Positions 35,735-46,014 of a DNA stretch of 64,000 bases are shown here, piece by piece. Both the position numbers and the translations under genes were made by a program. Origin of the DNA: Escherichia phage vB_EcoM_WL-3; sequence record MT968995.1, one strand, 5' to 3'. Each line of letters opens with the position of its first letter. Within the stretch, counting starts at the first letter, position 1. The notes beneath the pieces are model-generated. The model was not told the DNA's origin. It did no database searches and saw nothing but the letters and a program-made list of their open reading frames with translations.

Positions 35735-35807
35735 CTGGGAATAAAGGACTCGAACCTTTGCATCCTGGAATCAAAATCCAGTGCCTTACCAACTTGGCTA
35801 ATTCCCA
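35735..35807 (-). tRNA. tRNA-Gln (anticodon UUG), 3' CCA not encoded
   Basis: Acceptor TGGGAAT/ATTCCCA; anticodon loop TTTTGAT; 1 nt from tRNA-Leu (Gln-Leu dimer as in T4). Confidence 0.75.
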
Positions 35808-35904
35808 ATTATTAACAAAGGCTCTTAAGCAAGAACCCTTGATGATAGAGGGTATTAATCAGTGCGATATGAGTTAATAATAACAAATAATTCTTAAAGC
35901 ATAT

Positions 35905-36192
35905 TTACCATTTATAATAATACATATTTACGATGCATTCAAGACCCAAAGGATTCTTGAAAATATCATATTCAAGAGGACCTTTTTCTGTTTCAATAAA
36001 GAAATCAAAATTTACTGTATTAAATTTACGTTCTTCCTTCACTAATTTAACTTGAGAAGATGAACGGTCAATGTAAACCTTTTCAACTTCAAAACATGTT
36101 AAAATGCCATAATCATCAATCAAAGCTTTAGCCGCGTCTTGATCATATTTATATCCATTTTCAATGGATGATACTTTCGCATAAAGAATCAT
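35905..36192 (-). CDS. Hypothetical protein
   Basis: ORF track 95 aa. Confidence 0.5.
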   Translation of the reverse strand: MILYAKVSSIENGYKYDQDAAKALIDDYGILTCFEVEKVYIDRSSSQVKLVKEERKFNTVNFDFFIETEKGPLEYDIFKNPLGLECIVNMYYYKW

Positions 36193-36194
36193 TA

Positions 36195-36593
36195 TCAGCC
36201 TTCATCAACAATAGTGTGAGTATTAGCATTTACGATTTGCCACCAATCAAAGCGATTAGAATCCATCGGTTTGTTTTCATTTTCTTTGATAATGTCACGG
36301 AGTTCATCTTCAGAGAATGCTTTAGCGATTAAATCGGTATACCCACCACGTGGATAATAATTATCACCTGCAAACAAAAGGAAATTTACCTTCCCGGAAG
36401 GAACATACGCTTCCTTAGGATACTTGTTTCCTGCGTGGTCAACCACTTCAATATAACGGTAAGGAATATCGGTTCTTTCAACCCATTGCCATGCCGCCGC
36501 AGGGGAATCGAAAGCATCTACACCTAAACGATTATCTTCATCTTTAGACGGATTATTTTCGTAATCCGCATATACATAATATTCAACGTTCAT
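36195..36593 (-). CDS. Hypothetical acidic protein
   Basis: ORF track 132 aa. Confidence 0.55.
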   Translation of the reverse strand: MNVEYYVYADYENNPSKDEDNRLGVDAFDSPAAAWQWVERTDIPYRYIEVVDHAGNKYPKEAYVPSGKVNFLLFAGDNYYPRGGYTDLIAKAFSEDELRDIIKENENKPMDSNRFDWWQIVNANTHTIVDEG

Positions 36594-36778
36594 TATTCAC
36601 CTTTAGAAATTTTATCCATAACAATAGCAATTAAACCAATTAAAAATGCTACTACAAGTGAAAAAACATTTTCTGCCGTAGTCAATAATCCGCATATAAA
36701 TCCAACAAACATTGAAAAACTGAAAGCGGAAGCAGAAATTGCAATAGCAACATTTCGAATTAATTCACAACGTTTCAT
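36593..36778 (-). CDS. Small membrane protein
   Basis: 61 aa, two hydrophobic segments. Confidence 0.5.
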   Translation of the reverse strand: MKRCELIRNVAIAISASAFSFSMFVGFICGLLTTAENVFSLVVAFLIGLIAIVMDKISKGE

Positions 36779-36797
36779 TTTATTCTCCTCAGTAGTA

Positions 36798-36838
36798 GAT
36801 AGGGTAATAGTATCACTACCCTATCTAAAAGTAAACTT
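36798..36838 (-). promoter_or_regulatory. Early promoter with stem-loop (PeSL-like cassette)
   Basis: -35 GTTTAC (36831-36836 rc), -10 TACTAT (36807-36812 rc); inverted repeat GATAGGG...CCCTATC around -10. Confidence 0.5.
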
Positions 36839-37070
36839 ATTTTTTACGAAAAATTGATTTATTTTCTGCTGCCCATTTTTCAATAACTGCAGCAGGACCA
36901 GTAACAACAATTTTATCACCGTAATCTTCTGCGGCGAGTTGACCGAAATTATCTAATGCATCACGAAGAACTCCATGAGGCATTTCACCCATTTTATCTT
37001 TCTTGCCAGTGTAAATAAACTCAACTTTTACATCAGCAGTTTCAGCAATAAATTCTTGGTAAGTTTTCAT
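36837..37070 (-). CDS. Capsid-targeted internal protein (IPI-locus ORF)
   Basis: 77 aa from ATG 37070; starts MKTYQEFIAE (canonical capsid targeting sequence). Confidence 0.65.
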   Translation of the reverse strand: MKTYQEFIAETADVKVEFIYTGKKDKMGEMPHGVLRDALDNFGQLAAEDYGDKIVVTGPAAVIEKWAAENKSIFRKK

Positions 37071-37096
37071 TTTGATTTCCATTTGGTTTTGTTTTG

Positions 37097-37136
37097 ATAG
37101 GGTAATAGTATCACAACTAAAACCCTATGTAAACAA
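37097..37136 (-). promoter_or_regulatory. Early promoter with stem-loop (PeSL-like cassette)
   Basis: -35 GTTTAC (37129-37134 rc), -10 TACTAT (37105-37110 rc); inverted repeat ATAGGG...CCCTAT. Confidence 0.5.
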
Positions 37137-37146
37137 CTTTGTGAAA

Positions 37147-37404
37147 TTATTTTAAATCTTCTAATCGTTTCTTCATCTTAGAACCATTTTTAGCAATTTC
37201 TCCTGCATCGGAGCATAATGCTAAAAGTGCTTTAACTTTAGTTTGGTCTCCTTTAAAAGATGAAGGATCGACCGCAGCAGCAAGTTCTTTAATACGAGAG
37301 AAAAGACGCTCAGCTTCAGCTAAAGCCATTCCAAGCTTTACTTCCATACCGTGGGAAGATTCAGTGATAGTAGTTTTTGTAGCAAACTCTTTGAAAGTTT
37401 TCAT
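37147..37404 (-). CDS. Capsid-targeted internal protein (second IP-locus ORF)
   Basis: 85 aa; starts MKTFKEFATKTTITE (capsid-targeting-like); Lys/Ala-rich. Confidence 0.6.
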   Translation of the reverse strand: MKTFKEFATKTTITESSHGMEVKLGMALAEAERLFSRIKELAAAVDPSSFKGDQTKVKALLALCSDAGEIAKNGSKMKKRLEDLK

Positions 37405-37426
37405 TTTTATTTTCCTAATTAATTTT

Positions 37427-37467
37427 GATGAGGTAATAGTATCACTACCTCATCAGTATGTAAACAA
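37427..37467 (-). promoter_or_regulatory. Early promoter with stem-loop (PeSL-like cassette)
   Basis: -35 GTTTAC (37460-37465 rc), -10 TACTAT (37436-37441 rc); inverted repeat GATGAGG...CCTCATC (compensatory versus the other two copies). Confidence 0.5.
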
Positions 37468-37477
37468 CTTTGTGAAA

Positions 37478-38162
<685 letters not shown>

Positions 38163-38163
<1 letters not shown>

Positions 38164-38888
38164 TATAGTACCTTTAGTGTATTTTTAATTTTAGAAAAAA
38201 GTTCTTCAAGAGAACCATCGTTTGTAATTACTAAATCGCCATCACGAATTGGCAATCCAGCTTCTGTAATATGTGTATCATTGGATTTTTGACCAGGACG
38301 AACTACATGAATTACTGTAGCACCCATCGCCCTAGCCGCATCCATTTCATGATCTTGACGGGTATCAGGAACGATATAATAATCATAACCTGAGTTAAAT
38401 TTATCAAGATAATCTAAAGCAAATAATTTTACCCAGTACATGCGGTCGAAGTTATTAACAATCAAATCCGTACCTAGGGCTTGCATCAGACGACGGACTG
38501 ACCATTGATCTTCAATATTATTTATAACGTCAATAATCTTGTTAAATGCTACGGAATTAACTGATTCTTGTCCTTCGTCATCAAAAACAAACACACCTTT
38601 AATTGGGCTTTTACCATTAAGATAGCAAAATGCTTGTTCCATAATCGTGATTACTTCTAATTTAGTTAGATTTAAATTAGTCTCACGATCATAGTCAATT
38701 CCTTCAAACTCTTTACGAGTTAAGCAAGGATAGTCGGTATTTGCTGCAAATACTCCCCATGCATAAGCCAATGCATCCTTAATAGGACCAGCAAGTTGGT
38801 ATTTAACTGCAGAATAATTGCTCATGATAAAATCAGCAGTAGTATCTTTTCCACTACGCTTTACACCGCTTAAAAAGATTAGTTTCAT
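38163..38888 (-). CDS. 1: Deoxynucleoside monophosphate kinase gp1
   Basis: 241 aa; P-loop GVKRSGKDT; matches recalled T4 gp1. Confidence 0.9.
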
Positions 38889-38937
38889 ATGTTTCTCCTC
38901 AAATTTAGTTAAGATTATAACACATGAAACTGAAGCA

Positions 38938-39468
38938 TTAAACTTCCGCTATAATTTTTCCATCTTTTTCTACTTGAAAATACGTATAAGGAATCGTTGC
39001 TGTACATACTAAAGCCGGGTCTGAATCTTCTGTGTAGCTAAATTCTACTTCAGACAGGTCAGAAACCCAAGGCTTATAAAAATTTATTGACATCACGATT
39101 TCAGTTTTGCTATTATCTAAAATGTAAAGCGTAATGTATTCAGGACCTGTTTTTTGGGCAGTATTTTCACCTGTAAGATAGTTGCTAGTTCCTAGCATCC
39201 ATTCATACATTCCTATCCATGACTTAAGTTCTTCATCAACTATAAATCTCACGATGAGTGGATCGTACTCAAATGTAGCACCTGGACGTTGTGCTCGGCC
39301 CAGTCCAAACGGCCCAGTCACGGTATCAGTAACAGGTATTCTAATTCCTGGAATAGGAACTGACTGAGCATTTAAAGTAAAAGCAGATGTAGTATTACTA
39401 TGTGGTATTGATACTACAAAGTTAGTTGTATTTGCTTGGTTAAAAATTTGTTGCAGTGCTTGCGACAT
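38938..39468 (-). CDS. 3: Tail completion / sheath stabiliser gp3
   Basis: 176 aa from ATG 39468 (GAGGAA SD); the track ORF extends 27 codons upstream. Confidence 0.82.
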   Translation of the reverse strand: MSQALQQIFNQANTTNFVVSIPHSNTTSAFTLNAQSVPIPGIRIPVTDTVTGPFGLGRAQRPGATFEYDPLIVRFIVDEELKSWIGMYEWMLGTSNYLTGENTAQKTGPEYITLYILDNSKTEIVMSINFYKPWVSDLSEVEFSYTEDSDPALVCTATIPYTYFQVEKDGKIIAEV

Positions 39469-39574
39469 ATATTCCTCATAATGCTTTATAACTGTTGGTG
39501 GTATAATGGGTCTAAGTCCCTTCCATTCAATTCCATTTAGAACAAACAACAGAAAAGAATGGAAGATAATAGAA

Positions 39575-40399
39575 TTAGATATTTGACCAGACTTTGTTTG
39601 CAGAGAAACGTTTTCCTTTTGAAACGAACTGCTGAAGTGGCATTAACACAACGTTCGCCCAGTCTTTCGGGGCGATTTCAACAAGGCTACCCATAATATT
39701 ACCAGGTATATATGCCTTAATCATTTGGTCTGCACCCCTAAATCCTTTCACTTGACTCCAATCAATTTTTAATTTCGTTTTATTAGTAATAGTAGGTGTA
39801 TTTGAATATTGCTTTAAAAGCTCTTCTAGGAATTGCTGGCGAGCTTTAGGTGGAATATAGTGCAAGTTCAATCCGTACATTAAATTATGCTTACCTAAAC
39901 CAAGGTAAATTATCAAAGGAAATTTATCCCAGTAAGGAAGAGTTTCCTTGTGTTTAGCATCATAAGCAAAAGCATATATTCGTCCCGGCTGCGGGCGAAC
40001 AACTTTATGTCCTTTTACTTGCTTAATAGTTTCAGCAAACCACTTTCTGGTTTTATTATTAATTGCTGCGCCTTCATTACGAATTTTATCGCGCAATGTT
40101 TGTCTGAATGAATTTATCATAAGCAGTTGTCTTTCTTGCTTATTGAGTTTATTCATTGGTTTTGATTCAAGCTTTTGAATCTTTTCAGCCGTTTTAATTC
40201 CTGAAGCATATTTTGACATTGCTGAAGTAAACGTAGAGTATTTGATTCCTCTTTCTTCAGCAAATTGCTTTCCGGTCATTCCTTTTGCTTTGGCCTTTTT
40301 ATATTCAAGACCTATCTGAATCCATTTCTTTTCGTTTAATGATTGCTTAACCTTTGGAACTTGGGGAGTGCTTTCATTAATTATTTGAAAAATAGCCAT
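39575..40399 (-). CDS. 2: DNA end-protector protein gp2
   Basis: 274 aa; basic; T4 order 3-2-4. Confidence 0.88.
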   Translation of the reverse strand: MAIFQIINESTPQVPKVKQSLNEKKWIQIGLEYKKAKAKGMTGKQFAEERGIKYSTFTSAMSKYASGIKTAEKIQKLESKPMNKLNKQERQLLMINSFRQTLRDKIRNEGAAINNKTRKWFAETIKQVKGHKVVRPQPGRIYAFAYDAKHKETLPYWDKFPLIIYLGLGKHNLMYGLNLHYIPPKARQQFLEELLKQYSNTPTITNKTKLKIDWSQVKGFRGADQMIKAYIPGNIMGSLVEIAPKDWANVVLMPLQQFVSKGKRFSANKVWSNI

Positions 40400-40851
40400 T
40401 ATGCCCCCTTAAAGCCAAGAGCTCGTAATCCATCTTCTGTTAAAATTCTAAATTTTATTCCACGCTTTTCAGCTAAAGCTTGAGCTGCTTTCCATTTGTC
40501 AGTATTAACGGAATATGTATAAATTTCATTCATAAATCTTTTCTTCGCTGCAGTTGTTAGATGTGCTGGTTTAACTGGTGGTTGTGTTTCTTTTTTAGGT
40601 TTTATTTCAATAAAAAATTCTTGTCCAGAAGAATCTTTCATCCAAATATCCATGAAGTATCTACGTTTTTTCCCTTCTGCATTACAAAAATAAGGAATTA
40701 CTGCTGTTTCACTACCCCATGCAATAATTTCTGGATTTTTATCTAACCATTCAAAAAAGAATTTTTCCCAATTTGATCTATACGTAATTTTTTTAGGGTC
40801 ACCTCTATACTTTGATATATTTTTAGGAACCCATTTTCCAGAATATGCCAT
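40399..40851 (-). CDS. 4: Head completion protein gp4
   Basis: 150 aa; ATGA-coupled to gp2; divergent from gene 53. Confidence 0.88.
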   Translation of the reverse strand: MAYSGKWVPKNISKYRGDPKKITYRSNWEKFFFEWLDKNPEIIAWGSETAVIPYFCNAEGKKRRYFMDIWMKDSSGQEFFIEIKPKKETQPPVKPAHLTTAAKKRFMNEIYTYSVNTDKWKAAQALAEKRGIKFRILTEDGLRALGFKGA

Positions 40852-40862
40852 TGGATTCTCCT

Positions 40863-40885
40863 TATAAATAGATAATATATTTATA
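40863..40885. promoter_or_regulatory. Divergent late promoters (TATAAATA on both strands) between genes 4 and 53
   Basis: Plus TATAAATA 40863-40870 (29 nt before gene 53 ATG); minus TATAAATA at 40878-40885 rc (27 nt before gene 4 ATG). Confidence 0.55.
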
Positions 40886-40898
40886 AACAGGAGGGCCC

Positions 40899-41489
40899 AT
40901 GCTCTTTACATTTTTTGATCCGATTGAATATGCGGCCAAAACGGTGAATAAAAACGCGCCGACTATTCCTATGACAGATATTTTTAGAAACTATAAAGAC
41001 TATTTTAAACGCGCTCTTGCGGGATACCGCTTACGTACTTATTATATCAAAGGTTCACCACGCCCGGAAGAATTAGCAAATACTATATATGGAAATCCAC
41101 AGTTGTATTGGGTTTTATTGATGTGTAATGATAATTATGACCCGTATTATGGATGGATTACTTCACAAGAAGCAGCTTATCAAGCATCTATACAAAAATA
41201 CAAAAATGTAGGTGGAGACCAAATAGTATATCATGTGAATGAGAACGGTGAAAAATTTTATAATTTAATATCATACGATGATAATCCATATGTTTGGTAT
41301 GATAAAGGTGATAAAGCTAGAAAATATCCTCAATATGAAGGAGCACTTGCTGCTGTTAATACGTATGAAGATGCTGTTCTTGAAAATGAAAAACTTCGTC
41401 AAATAAAAATAATAGCAAAATCAGACATTAATTCATTTATGAACGACCTTATACGTATAATGGAGAAATCTTATGGAAATGATAAGTAA
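40899..41489 (+). CDS. 53: Baseplate wedge protein gp53
   Basis: 196 aa; synteny; late promoter upstream. Confidence 0.9.
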   Translation: MLFTFFDPIEYAAKTVNKNAPTIPMTDIFRNYKDYFKRALAGYRLRTYYIKGSPRPEELANTIYGNPQLYWVLLMCNDNYDPYYGWITSQEAAYQASIQKYKNVGGDQIVYHVNENGEKFYNLISYDDNPYVWYDKGDKARKYPQYEGALAAVNTYEDAVLENEKLRQIKIIAKSDINSFMNDLIRIMEKSYGNDK

Positions 41490-43200
41490 TAACCTTAATT
41501 GGTTTGTTGGTGTTGTTGAAGATAGAATGGACCCATTAAAATTAGGTCGTGTTCGTGTTCGTGTGGTTGGTCTGCATCCACCTCAAAGAGCACAAGGCGA
41601 TGTAATGGGTATTCCAACTGAAAAATTACCATGGATGTCAGTTATTCAACCTATAACTTCTGCAGCAATGTCTGGAATTGGAGGTTCTGTTACTGGACCG
41701 GTAGAAGGAACTAGAGTTTATGGTCATTTTTTAGACAAATGGAAAACTAACGGAATTGTCCTTGGCACGTATGGTGGAATAGTTCGCGAAAAACCGAATA
41801 GACTTGAAGGATTTTCTGACCCAACTGGGCAATATCCTAGACGTTTAGGAAATGATACTAATGTATTAAACCAAGGCGGAGAAGTAGGATATGATTCGTC
41901 TTCTAACATTATCCAAGATAGTAACTTAGACACTGCAATAAATCCCGATGATAGACCACTATCAGAGATTCCAACCGATGATAATCCAAATATGTCAATG
42001 GCTGACATGCTTCGCCGTGATGAAGGATTAAGACTAAAAGTTTATTGGGATACTGAAGGATATCCGACAATTGGTATTGGTCATCTTATCATGAAGCAGC
42101 CAGTTCGTGATATGGCTCAAATTAATAAAGTTTTATCAAAACAAGTTGGTCGTGAAATTACTGGAAACCCAGGTTCTATTACGATGGAAGAGGCGACGAC
42201 TTTATTTGAACGTGATTTGGCTGATATGCAACGGGACATTAAATCACATTCTAAAGTAGGACCAGTCTGGCAAGCTGTCAACCGTTCTCGTCAAATGGCG
42301 TTAGAAAATATGGCATTTCAAATGGGTGTTGGCGGTGTAGCTAAATTTAACACAATGTTAACTGCTATGTTAGCCGGAGATTGGGAAAAAGCATATAAAG
42401 CCGGTCGTGATTCATTGTGGTATCAACAAACAAAAGGCCGTGCATCCCGTGTTACCATGATTATTCTTACGGGGAATTTGGAATCATATGGTGTTGAAGT
42501 GAAAACCCCAGCTAGGTCTCTATCAGCAATGGCTGCTACTGTAGCTAAATCTTCTGACCCGGCTGACCCTCCTATTCCAAATGACTCGAGAATTTTATTC
42601 AAAGAACCAGTTTCTTCATATAAAGGTGAATATCCTTATGTGCATACAATGGAAACTGAAAGCGGACATATTCAGGAATTTGATGATACTCCTGGGCAAG
42701 AACGATACAGATTAGTTCATCCGACTGGAACTTATGAAGAAGTATCACCGTCAGGAAGAAGAACAAGAAAAACTGTCGATAATTTGTATGATATAACCAA
42801 CGCTGATGGTAATTTTTTGGTAGCCGGTGATAAAAAGACTAACGTCGGTGGATCAGAAATTTATTACAACATGGATAATCGTCTTCACCAAATAGATGGA
42901 AGCAATACAATATTTGTACGTGGCGATGAAACTAAGACAGTTGAAGGCAATGGAACTATCCTAGTTAAAGGTAATGTTACTATTGTAGTTGAAGGTAATG
43001 CTGACATTACAGTTAAAGGAGATGCTACCACTTTAGTTGAAGGAAATCAAACTAACACAGTAAATGGAAATCTTTCTTGGAAAGTTGCTGGGACAGTTGA
43101 TTGGGACGTTGGTGGTGATTGGACAGAAAAAATGGCATCTATGAGTTCTATTTCATCTGGTCAATACACAATTGATGGATCGAGGATTGACATTGGCTAA
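41473..43200 (+). CDS. 5: Baseplate hub / tail lysozyme gp5
   Basis: 575 aa; internal T4-lysozyme-like domain (DEGLRLKVYWDTEGYPTIGIGHL); C-terminal VxGxxxxx beta-helix repeats. Confidence 0.95.
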   Translation: MEMISNNLNWFVGVVEDRMDPLKLGRVRVRVVGLHPPQRAQGDVMGIPTEKLPWMSVIQPITSAAMSGIGGSVTGPVEGTRVYGHFLDKWKTNGIVLGTYGGIVREKPNRLEGFSDPTGQYPRRLGNDTNVLNQGGEVGYDSSSNIIQDSNLDTAINPDDRPLSEIPTDDNPNMSMADMLRRDEGLRLKVYWDTEGYPTIGIGHLIMKQPVRDMAQINKVLSKQVGREITGNPGSITMEEATTLFERDLADMQRDIKSHSKVGPVWQAVNRSRQMALENMAFQMGVGGVAKFNTMLTAMLAGDWEKAYKAGRDSLWYQQTKGRASRVTMIILTGNLESYGVEVKTPARSLSAMAATVAKSSDPADPPIPNDSRILFKEPVSSYKGEYPYVHTMETESGHIQEFDDTPGQERYRLVHPTGTYEEVSPSGRRTRKTVDNLYDITNADGNFLVAGDKKTNVGGSEIYYNMDNRLHQIDGSNTIFVRGDETKTVEGNGTILVKGNVTIVVEGNADITVKGDATTLVEGNQTNTVNGNLSWKVAGTVDWDVGGDWTEKMASMSSISSGQYTIDGSRIDIG

Positions 43201-43234
43201 TATACTTCCAATGAGCGCTGATTTAGGAGAATCC

Positions 43235-43729
43235 ATGGAAGGTTCTTCTATTGACGTCACCTTTACCGCTCAATTAGAAACAGGTGAAACGTTAGTATCT
43301 ATAAATATAACTAGTTACGAAGAAACTCCTGGGGTTTTAGTAGAAGAAAATCGCTTATACGGAACATATGAATCTGTGTTTGGATTTGGAAATGACGCGT
43401 TGAAATATCGTTTAGGCGATGAATTTAAAACTGCTGCTTCATGGGAAGAACTTCCTACTGATTCTGATACTCAGTTGTATTTATGGAAAGCTCCTCAAAA
43501 CCTCCAGAAGACATTCACTTACGAAGTAACATTAATATATGACTATCAAGAACAAAGTGAATCTGGAGGTTCTGGTAGTAATTCTAGGTCATCTTCTGAT
43601 ACTACTGAACCAACGGATCCTCCTGCTCCAATAAGAAAAACTCTTGTTAAAAATTACACAAAAACTATAGTTGGAAATTGGAGTCGTTGGGCTAATAAAT
43701 TAAGAAGCTATGTGTATGAGAGGTCATAG
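43235..43729 (+). CDS. 5.1: gp5.1-like protein
   Basis: Track ORF trimmed to ATG 43235 with AGGAG SD. Confidence 0.6.
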
Positions 43730-44023
43730 ATGTCAGGATTAAGTTATGATAAGTGTGTTACTGCTGGCCATGAAGCATGGCCTCCAACAGTTGTGAATGC
43801 TACGCAAAGTAAAGTATTCACTGGAGGAATTGCTGTTCTCGTAGCAGGTGATCCAATTACAGAACATACAGAAATTAAAAAGCCATATGAAACACATGGC
43901 GGAGTGACACAACCTAGAACTTCTAAGGTATATGTCACTGGAAAGAAAGCTGTTCAAATGGCTGATCCAATATCATGCGGTGATACTGTGGCTCAGGCAT
44001 CATCTAAAGTATTCATTAAATAG
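43730..44023 (+). CDS. 5.4: PAAR-repeat baseplate spike tip protein gp5.4
   Basis: 97 aa; PAAR-like sequence; position after gene 5. Confidence 0.8.
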
Positions 44024-44031
44024 GATTTAAA

Positions 44032-46014
44032 ATGGCAAATACCCCTGTAAATTATCAATTAACAAGAACAGCAAATGCTATTCCCGAGATATTCGTCGGG
44101 GGTACGTTTGCTGAAATAAAACAAAACCTCATTGAATGGCTTAATGGCCAAAATGAATTTTTGGATTATGATTTTGAAGGCTCAAGATTAAACGTTCTGT
44201 GTGACCTTTTAGCTTATAATACATTGTACATTCAACAGTTTGGTAATGCTGCTGTGTATGAAAGCTTTATGCGTACTGCTAACTTACGAAGTTCAGTTGT
44301 TCAAGCTGCACAAGATAACGGATATTTACCTACTTCAAAATCCGCTGCGCAGACCGAAATTATGTTAACATGCACCGACGCATTGAATAGGAATTACATT
44401 ACTATTCCTCGCGGAACTCGCTTTTTAGCATATGCAAAAGATACTTCTGTTAATCCATATAACTTCGTTTCTACCGAAGACGTTATTGCTATTCGTGATA
44501 AAAATAACCAATATTTTCCGCGTTTAAAATTGGCCCAGGGACGTATAGTAAGAACTGAAATCATTTATGATAAATTAACACCTATTATCATTTATGATAA
44601 AAATATTGATAGAAACCAGGTTAAATTATATGTTGATGGAGCGGAATGGATTAACTGGACGAGAAAGTCAATGGTTCATGCTGGTTCAACATCAACGATT
44701 TACTATATGCGTGAAACTATTGATGGAAACACTGAATTCTATTTTGGTGAAGGTGAAATTTCTGTTAATGCTTCTGAAGGAGCTTTGACCGCTAATTATA
44801 TCGGAGGTCTCAAACCTACTCAGAACTCTACGATTGTTATTGAGTACATTAGTACTAATGGTGCTGACGCGAACGGAGCAGTCGGATTTTCATACGCAGA
44901 TACATTAACAAATATAACTATCATCAATATTAATGAAAATCCAAACGGTGACCCAGATTTTGTTGGGGCAGATGGAGGCGGTGATCCAGAAGATATTGAG
45001 CGTATTCGCGAATTGGGTACTATTAAACGCGAAACCCAGCAACGATGCGTAACTGCGACTGACTACGATACATTCGTTTCAGAGAGATTTGGTTCTATTA
45101 TTCAGGCAGTTCAGACTTTCACTGATTCTACTAAACCTGGGTATGCATTTATTGCTGCTAAACCTAAATCAGGTTTGTATTTAACTACCGTACAGCGTGA
45201 AGATATTAAAAATTATCTCAAAGACTATAATTTAGCTCCTATTACGCCATCAATTATTTCTCCTAATTATCTTTTTATTAAGACTAATTTAAAAGTCACG
45301 TATGCTTTAAATAAACTGCAAGAATCCGAGCAGTGGCTTGAAGGTCAAATAATTGATAAAATTGATCGCTATTATACCGAAGATGTAGAAATTTTTAACT
45401 CATCTTTCGCTAAATCTAAGATGTTAACTTATGTAGATGATGCAGATCATTCTGTCATCGGTTCATCGGCGACTATTCAAATGGTTCGTGAAGTACAAAA
45501 CTTCTATAAAACACCTGAAGCAGGTATTAAATACAATAATCAAATAAAAGATCGTTCTATGGAATCTAATACGTTTTCATTTAATTCTGGACGAAAGGTT
45601 GTAAATCCTGATACTGGTTTAGAAGAAGATGTATTATATGATGTTCGTATAGTATCAACAGACCGAGATTCTAAAGGAATTGGTAAAGTTATTATTGGTC
45701 CATTTGCTTCTGGCGATGTTACTGAAAATGAAAACATTCAGCCATATACAGGCAATGATTTTAATAAATTAGCAAATTCTGATGGACGCGACAAATACTA
45801 TGTTATCGGTGAAATAAATTATCCGGCTGACATGATTTATTGGAATATCGCTAAAATTAATTTAACATCTGAAAAATTTGAGGTTCAGACTATTGAATTA
45901 TATTCTGACCCAACCGATGATGTTATCTTTACCCGTGATGGTTCACTGATTGTATTTGAAAATGATTTACGTCCGCAATACTTAACTATCGATTTGGAGC
46001 CTATATCACAATGA
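44032..46014 (+). CDS. 6: Baseplate wedge protein gp6
   Basis: 660 aa; synteny and length. Confidence 0.93.
   Translation: MANTPVNYQLTRTANAIPEIFVGGTFAEIKQNLIEWLNGQNEFLDYDFEGSRLNVLCDLLAYNTLYIQQFGNAAVYESFMRTANLRSSVVQAAQDNGYLPTSKSAAQTEIMLTCTDALNRNYITIPRGTRFLAYAKDTSVNPYNFVSTEDVIAIRDKNNQYFPRLKLAQGRIVRTEIIYDKLTPIIIYDKNIDRNQVKLYVDGAEWINWTRKSMVHAGSTSTIYYMRETIDGNTEFYFGEGEISVNASEGALTANYIGGLKPTQNSTIVIEYISTNGADANGAVGFSYADTLTNITIININENPNGDPDFVGADGGGDPEDIERIRELGTIKRETQQRCVTATDYDTFVSERFGSIIQAVQTFTDSTKPGYAFIAAKPKSGLYLTTVQREDIKNYLKDYNLAPITPSIISPNYLFIKTNLKVTYALNKLQESEQWLEGQIIDKIDRYYTEDVEIFNSSFAKSKMLTYVDDADHSVIGSSATIQMVREVQNFYKTPEAGIKYNNQIKDRSMESNTFSFNSGRKVVNPDTGLEEDVLYDVRIVSTDRDSKGIGKVIIGPFASGDVTENENIQPYTGNDFNKLANSDGRDKYYVIGEINYPADMIYWNIAKINLTSEKFEVQTIELYSDPTDDVIFTRDGSLIVFENDLRPQYLTIDLEPISQ

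Noticed and set aside
38938-39549. 203-aa version of gene 3
   Set aside because: The first 27 codons lack an RBS; the internal ATG at 39468 with GAGGAA SD gives the 176-aa length I recall for gp3.
41724-42008. Minus-strand ORFs inside plus-strand structural genes (also 43739-43957, 45540-45737, 47809-48198, 49455-49790, 53098-53376)
   Set aside because: All are antisense to long, well-supported structural genes and lack start signals.
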